Part shown: positions 59,727 through 64,000 of the stretch, piece by piece
How the letters are laid out: every line of letters starts with the position of its first letter
Position numbering within the stretch: the stretch's first letter is position 1
IMG/VR virus record: IMGVR_UViG_3300021431_000089
Coordinates: 47,103 to 111,102 of that record
Reading direction: 5' to 3' (one strand)
From: a virus
Taxonomy: Duplodnaviria; Caudoviricetes
DNA length: 64,000 nt
Notes under the pieces: model-generated
Database searches by the model: none
Seen by the model: the letters and a program-made list of their open reading frames with translations, nothing else
What the model was told of the DNA's origin: nothing
Program-made: the position numbers and the translations under genes

Positions 59727-60302
59727 TCATATCAAAACCCCTTCAGCAAGGCATACATTCCTAGAAATCCTGAATGCCGTAATGTGGCACACGTAACCAG
59801 GTTTGATTCCGAAATCATCGAAGGAATGCTCAAGATCTTTGGAACCAAGAGGAATACCGTTCAGCCCGAATGGCCCGCACTCTGAAAAATCGACTTCGGA
59901 TTCCGTTATTACATCTTTCAATGTACGCTCGGGAACCACGTCCAAAGACCGGCGTTCAAATGAATTACCAACAACCACGCGAATGTGACCATCAGCGATA
60001 GGCTCTCGAATGACAGGAGGGGCGGTTTCATTATCCTTAGATTCATCGAATTCCTCGTCTTCATCATCCCCGCACTGATACGCGGCCGCCTCAGATTCCC
60101 AAGCCTTTCTCATCTTATCGATGCTCCCGTATCTTTTTGGAGCTTCATAACGGAGATATGCATCAGACCCCGCCTCATAGCGTTCGTTATTAATCTGTTC
60201 TACAAAATCCTCAAGCTCTGACTCTTCGGCTAAAACCAGCCCTTCAAAGCTCTCGCCCTCATAATTATATTCATCGATTAGGGCGAACCATTTCTTTGCC
60301 AT
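59727..60302 (-). CDS. Acidic protein with C-terminal ubiquitin-like domain paralogous to 56975-57220
   Basis: VVGNSFERR.L.V....TL...F.LNG.....DL.H.F...GI aligns with the Ubl (IVGNTTDRR.L.V...TL...F.LNG...DLDHTF..LGI). Confidence 0.65.
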   Translation of the reverse strand: MAKKWFALIDEYNYEGESFEGLVLAEESELEDFVEQINNERYEAGSDAYLRYEAPKRYGSIDKMRKAWESEAAAYQCGDDEDEEFDESKDNETAPPVIREPIADGHIRVVVGNSFERRSLDVVPERTLKDVITESEVDFSECGPFGLNGIPLGSKDLEHSFDDFGIKPGYVCHITAFRISRNVCLAEGVLI

Positions 60303-60496
60303 AAACCCTTCCTTTCTTTCACATCAGTGGCGCAAGTGTGTACCCTTGCACCGATACATTATTGAGATAAAACCCGCAACATAAATCCATAAGACCTTGC
60401 AGATGAAAAGCCTGACAAGGTCGGCGGTGCTTTCAATGGTCGCTGGCGAAAAAACCAGCATGATAAAAGCAACCGCCGTGAGAATAACCCGCCGTG

Positions 60497-60850
60497 TCAT
60501 GCTACCGTACCGAGTGAGTGATACCCGATAACCTTTTCACCATCGTAGACAGGTTCTGCAGGATACAGGAAATCCCGTCTCCACGGGAAGGCGTAGGCAA
60601 TCGCCTCGGGGACAATGTAGTAAACCCCAGGAGTTTCAAAATACAACTCCTCATCCGCCATTTCCCCTGTGAGTATAGGGTAACCACGCTGTGTGCGGGT
60701 GATGTAAATCCCGTCAATATTCCCGACCTCGTACGGTTCGGAATGCATGAGCATTTCCCGTCCGCTCGGCATATATGTGTGACCTTTGACGCACTCGTCG
60801 TCAAGAAAAACCCGCACTGGTGCGGGCGTACAGTTAATCATTTTTGCCAT
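60497..60850 (-). CDS. Hypothetical early protein, paralog A
   Basis: Colinear with 61500-61853 (N.TP..VRVFLD, HTYMPSG, PGVYYIV, R.D.L.PAE). Confidence 0.7.
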   Translation of the reverse strand: MAKMINCTPAPVRVFLDDECVKGHTYMPSGREMLMHSEPYEVGNIDGIYITRTQRGYPILTGEMADEELYFETPGVYYIVPEAIAYAFPWRRDFLYPAEPVYDGEKVIGYHSLGTVA

Positions 60851-61499
60851 AAAACCCTCATTTTGCCGGGATCATAATCGTATGACCATCGCCACGGTTG
60901 AGGGCAAGAGCCCCTGAAGAAACCCGTCCTGTAATGTTGATGCGGTCGAAGGCGTCACATTCGTCTAAGTAGGCGATGTAATTTCCCTCGTTGTCGTAGA
61001 CACGAGAAACCCGTGTCTTTAGGTACGCAGCAATGCTGTTTACCTTTTTTTCAAATTCCTGAAAATTCATGATCTGTTCTCCTTTTCCAGAGAAGGATTA
61101 TCAAGGTCAGAAAGGCGGGAGAAAGACCCTTGATAACCCTTCTCAAGAAAGGAGCCGGCACCGAGCAAGCAAAAACCCGGTGCCGGAGGAGCGGTGATAA
61201 AAAACCGTCAGGCGACGATTTCGACAGAGCCAAAGGGCCCAAAAGATGCCTTTAACCCATGCTCATATTTGAAAAGCTGACGGCGGAAGAAAAGCCGATT
61301 GCCGACGGTATTAGAAACATTTTCGGCATACAGCTTGCAAATTTCCATTGTGTACGTCTTGATGATTTCAGCGGGAGAAAGACCCTTGATGTCAATTTCC
61401 CGCACATCGTTGACGGGTTCGATATACCAGCAGCCCTCGGAATCGAGACATTCCTGAGCCCCGTTCAGCGTTTTTATGATAATTTTCATTAACCCTCCT

Positions 61500-61853
61500 C
61501 TATGAAATAGTGCCGAGCGATCGGCACCCGATGATTTTCCCGTCAGAGTCCCTGACCTGCTCGGCAGGGACTAATAAATCCTTGCGATGTGGTAAAGCCT
61601 GGGCGACCATTGCGGAAACGATGTAGTAAACCCCAGGAGCTTCAAAGTACAACTCCTCAGAAACCCCATCAGCAACGATGACAGGATTCCCGTAGATAGT
61701 GCGGGTAATCGGAACGCCATCGATTTCCCCAACCTTGTAGGTTTCGGATTCTAAGCGGATAGATTTCCCGCTCGGCATGTAGGTGTGAACGTTGACGCCC
61801 TCGGCGTCAAGAAAAACCCGCACTACATGCGGGGTCATATTGATTACCTTCAT
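61500..61853 (-). CDS. Hypothetical early protein, paralog B
   Basis: See paralog A. Confidence 0.7.
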   Translation of the reverse strand: MKVINMTPHVVRVFLDAEGVNVHTYMPSGKSIRLESETYKVGEIDGVPITRTIYGNPVIVADGVSEELYFEAPGVYYIVSAMVAQALPHRKDLLVPAEQVRDSDGKIIGCRSLGTIS

Positions 61854-62800
61854 AAACCAAACCATCACTGAATAAATGTGCAGTCCTCGACCGCTTCGCG
61901 GTCGAACCATAGCTCGGGCACAGATTCCCCGTCATAGCGAAGAATCGTCATGCCCGGCTCAAACGAGCACACGACAACCCGTGTGCGATCTTCGGGAAAT
62001 TCCAACACGGAACCCTTGCGGATTTCGTGAATCCCGTTCCGAAACCTGAAAACTCTTGACATAAAACCTTCCTTCCTGAAAAACCCGTATGATTATGCGA
62101 GAGAAACTGTCACGTTGCCGATGCGGCAACTCAGGTTCTCCCATGAAATACCCGTTCTGCGTTCGTCGAGGTGGCGGACGGTTGGAGCGCACGAAACCCA
62201 CCTTACATATGCTTTGATTACCTCATTCAGAAAAACCCGCATGAGGTCTGACGCAGAGCCGTCGACGCTGATTTCGTCGACATACTCGAGCGAGCAGAAA
62301 AACCCGACACGCTCGAGTCGGCTGATGATTACTTTTGATGCGGTCATAAATCTTCCTTTCTTGAGGGAAAACCCTCGATGTATTCGCATCTTTGTGCTTG
62401 CATCGTTGAAACACGATGCAACTACAAAAGCGCGAATGAGCGCCTTTACCCTGTGACATGCACAGTTGCCTGCTCCCCGATGCACAGACAAAAGCCCATG
62501 TCATAAGGAAAAACCCTATTATTCACGGGACTATGTCGGGGTCTACCCTTTTTGATGTTACATGATACCTCCTTTTGACGATGAAAACCCTGATGAACGA
62601 TTACGCCAGATCGGCGATTTGCTTTTCGAGCTTATTAACCAAAAACTGCATGGTGCTATAATGACTCATGCACTGATATGGATCTTGAATTGAACGAGTG
62701 GCTTCTCCCATGAGACCAATAATCAAAAGATGTAACTTGTGAATACGTGCCACTCTGACGAGTGTAGATTCCATGACTACTCCCTCCTTTTCCAGAGGAT

Positions 62801-62917
62801 CTGAAAAACCCTGCACGAACGCGCAGAGTCTGAAAAACCCTTTTATGAACCATCAGAGACTGAAAAACCCTGATAGCTCGTAAAAGGGTAGGATCTGAAA
62901 AACCCTTCAGATCCTAC
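62801..62917. repeat. Four CTGAAAAACCCT direct repeats at 29/30/35-bp spacing; the last lies inside a hairpin
   Basis: Copies at 62801, 62830, 62860, 62895; GTAGGATCTGAA...TTCAGATCCTAC. Confidence 0.8.
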
Positions 62918-62952
62918 TCTGATGGTGGACTGATGAACAGCCCTGCTGATGA

Positions 62953-63771
62953 TTACTTCTTGAGCAGATCGGATTCGAGAGTATAGTGGCCGTCTGTGAG
63001 AATGCGATAGCAGATATCCTTGAGTGCAGCGACGAAGGACTCATTGTTCTTGGACTTGACGGTGTTTCTAGCCTTCTTCTTGAGCGAGATGAGTGTGCGA
63101 GTGAGAGTGCGCCAGTCTTCATTGTTCGGTTCGAACTCGTCACCGAGCATTTTGTGGATGACGGATACAAATGCATCCCAGTCACCGTCTCCGAGGGCGG
63201 CCTCGAAGTCAATTTCATTGGTCTTTCTGTACTGCGAAAGATCGCAGAACCGTTTTGCGGTCTCCGTGTCACCGATCGCGACCGCGTTCGATCTTGTCAG
63301 CGCGGCATTGAAGCCAGCAGCTGCACGGGGCCATGTGGGATCGGCACCGATACCGCGAGCGTTCTTGTGCTCCTTGATCCACTGATGGAGATCGAGCAGA
63401 TCGATGTCCTTGTCACACTGAGCGATTTCGCGGATGGTATCACGAGTCACCTTGTCACGGGTCTCCTTGACTCTGATGGACTTGAAGGTGTAAGTGAGGC
63501 AAGCATACTTCATCGGATCTGATGTTTCGCTCGCGGTACGATAGCACTCAAGACGAGCCTCGGAGGTGTAGTAGTTGACGGTCTTCTCGAGCAGTTCGTT
63601 GAGCCAGGCGATCTCCGCTCTAACCTCGGCGCTATCCGCCAGCAGGAGCAGAACGCTTGCCTGTTCCTTCACTTCGGGAAGCGATTTTTTCGCCATTTCA
63701 AGGGCAAAGTTCTGAGCGAGGATGCGGTACTTCTGGACGAGTTCCTGTCTGTTTTCGATTGTGTTATTCAT
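62953..63771 (-). CDS. Hypothetical early protein (272 aa)
   Basis: AAGGGAG RBS before MNNTIEN. Confidence 0.7.
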   Translation of the reverse strand: MNNTIENRQELVQKYRILAQNFALEMAKKSLPEVKEQASVLLLLADSAEVRAEIAWLNELLEKTVNYYTSEARLECYRTASETSDPMKYACLTYTFKSIRVKETRDKVTRDTIREIAQCDKDIDLLDLHQWIKEHKNARGIGADPTWPRAAAGFNAALTRSNAVAIGDTETAKRFCDLSQYRKTNEIDFEAALGDGDWDAFVSVIHKMLGDEFEPNNEDWRTLTRTLISLKKKARNTVKSKNNESFVAALKDICYRILTDGHYTLESDLLKK

Positions 63772-63873
63772 GATTTTTCTCCCTTCACCGGCTGAGCCGG
63801 AATATACGCCGACCAATGCGTGGCATATATTTCAGTTCAGATGATTCTGGGCTTGGCTTGGTATCACTCCTTT

Positions 63874-64000
63874 CTTTTTTTCTGTACATCTATACATCGG
63901 TGCTTGTGGGGTATGTACAGCTTTTTTTCTGTACATCTATACATCGGTGCTTGTGGGGTATGTACAGCTTTTTTTCTGTACATCTATACATCGGTGCTTG
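63874..64000. repeat. 47-bp perfect tandem repeat, at least 2.7 copies, running off the window
   Basis: Unit CTTTTTTTCTGTACATCTATACATCGGTGCTTGTGGGGTATGTACAG at 63874, 63921 and 63968; internal IR CTGTACAT/ATGTACAG. Confidence 0.9.

Larger units (their letters stand above)
58685..62816 (-). other. Early-region small ORFs (58685-58891, 59040-59315, 59370-59714 lipoprotein-like, 60858-61070, 61208-61489, 61865-62062, 62093-62347, 62601-62816)
   Basis: Consistent - strand ORFs with strong RBSs. Confidence 0.55.

Noticed and set aside
62801-64000. CRISPR array interpretation of the 12-bp and 47-bp repeats
   Set aside because: The 12-bp repeats are too short with irregular spacing, the 47-bp units have no unique spacers, and there is no cas operon. 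The Cas4-like nuclease sits in the replication module.
1-64000. Alternative genetic code or stop-codon recoding
   Set aside because: Long conserved genes (dnaE, int, dnaB, tail genes) are uninterrupted in code 11, and the only complete tRNA is not a suppressor.

Overview
The window is about 64 kb of a temperate tailed-phage genome, most likely from a Bacillota (Firmicutes) host. It appears to be the non-integrated form, because the putative attP and integrase have phage genes on both sides. The + strand (1-14.2 kb) carries distal tail/fibre genes, a CHAP-type endolysin, holin and tRNA-Gln(UUG), and ends at a bidirectional terminator. The - strand (14.4-63.8 kb) carries the early/middle arm. 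This arm includes a Tn916-like integrase and Xis, with a CIRCE-like site inside the putative attP. It also includes nucleotide metabolism genes (dUTPase, ThyX-like, dNMP kinase, PhoH, ClpP), a replication module (DnaE, primase, DnaB, PD-(D/E)XK nuclease, SSB, ERF), an SPbeta MrpR-like repressor, MazF/PemK, cysteine desulfurase, a second tyrosine recombinase, HicB, HU and many small ORFs. The main finding is one retron-type reverse transcriptase (51018-52181) with FOUR separate msr-msd-like ncRNA units: 52204-52505, 49713-50068, 46059-46301 and 45860-46053. The units share an RT-recognition-like hairpin and a G at the base of a terminal stem. Each has a different, complementary a1/a2 pair and a different structured template, which suggests one RT making four different msDNAs. 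Directly upstream is a complete phage-encoded ubiquitin-like conjugation cassette (Ubl, E2-like, JAB, E1/ThiF). Other oddities are anticodon-less mini-tRNA elements, a shared L-x-E-L-F peptide motif and a strand-polarised GGGTTTT motif in the early region. All assignments come from motif reading by eye; no searches were run.
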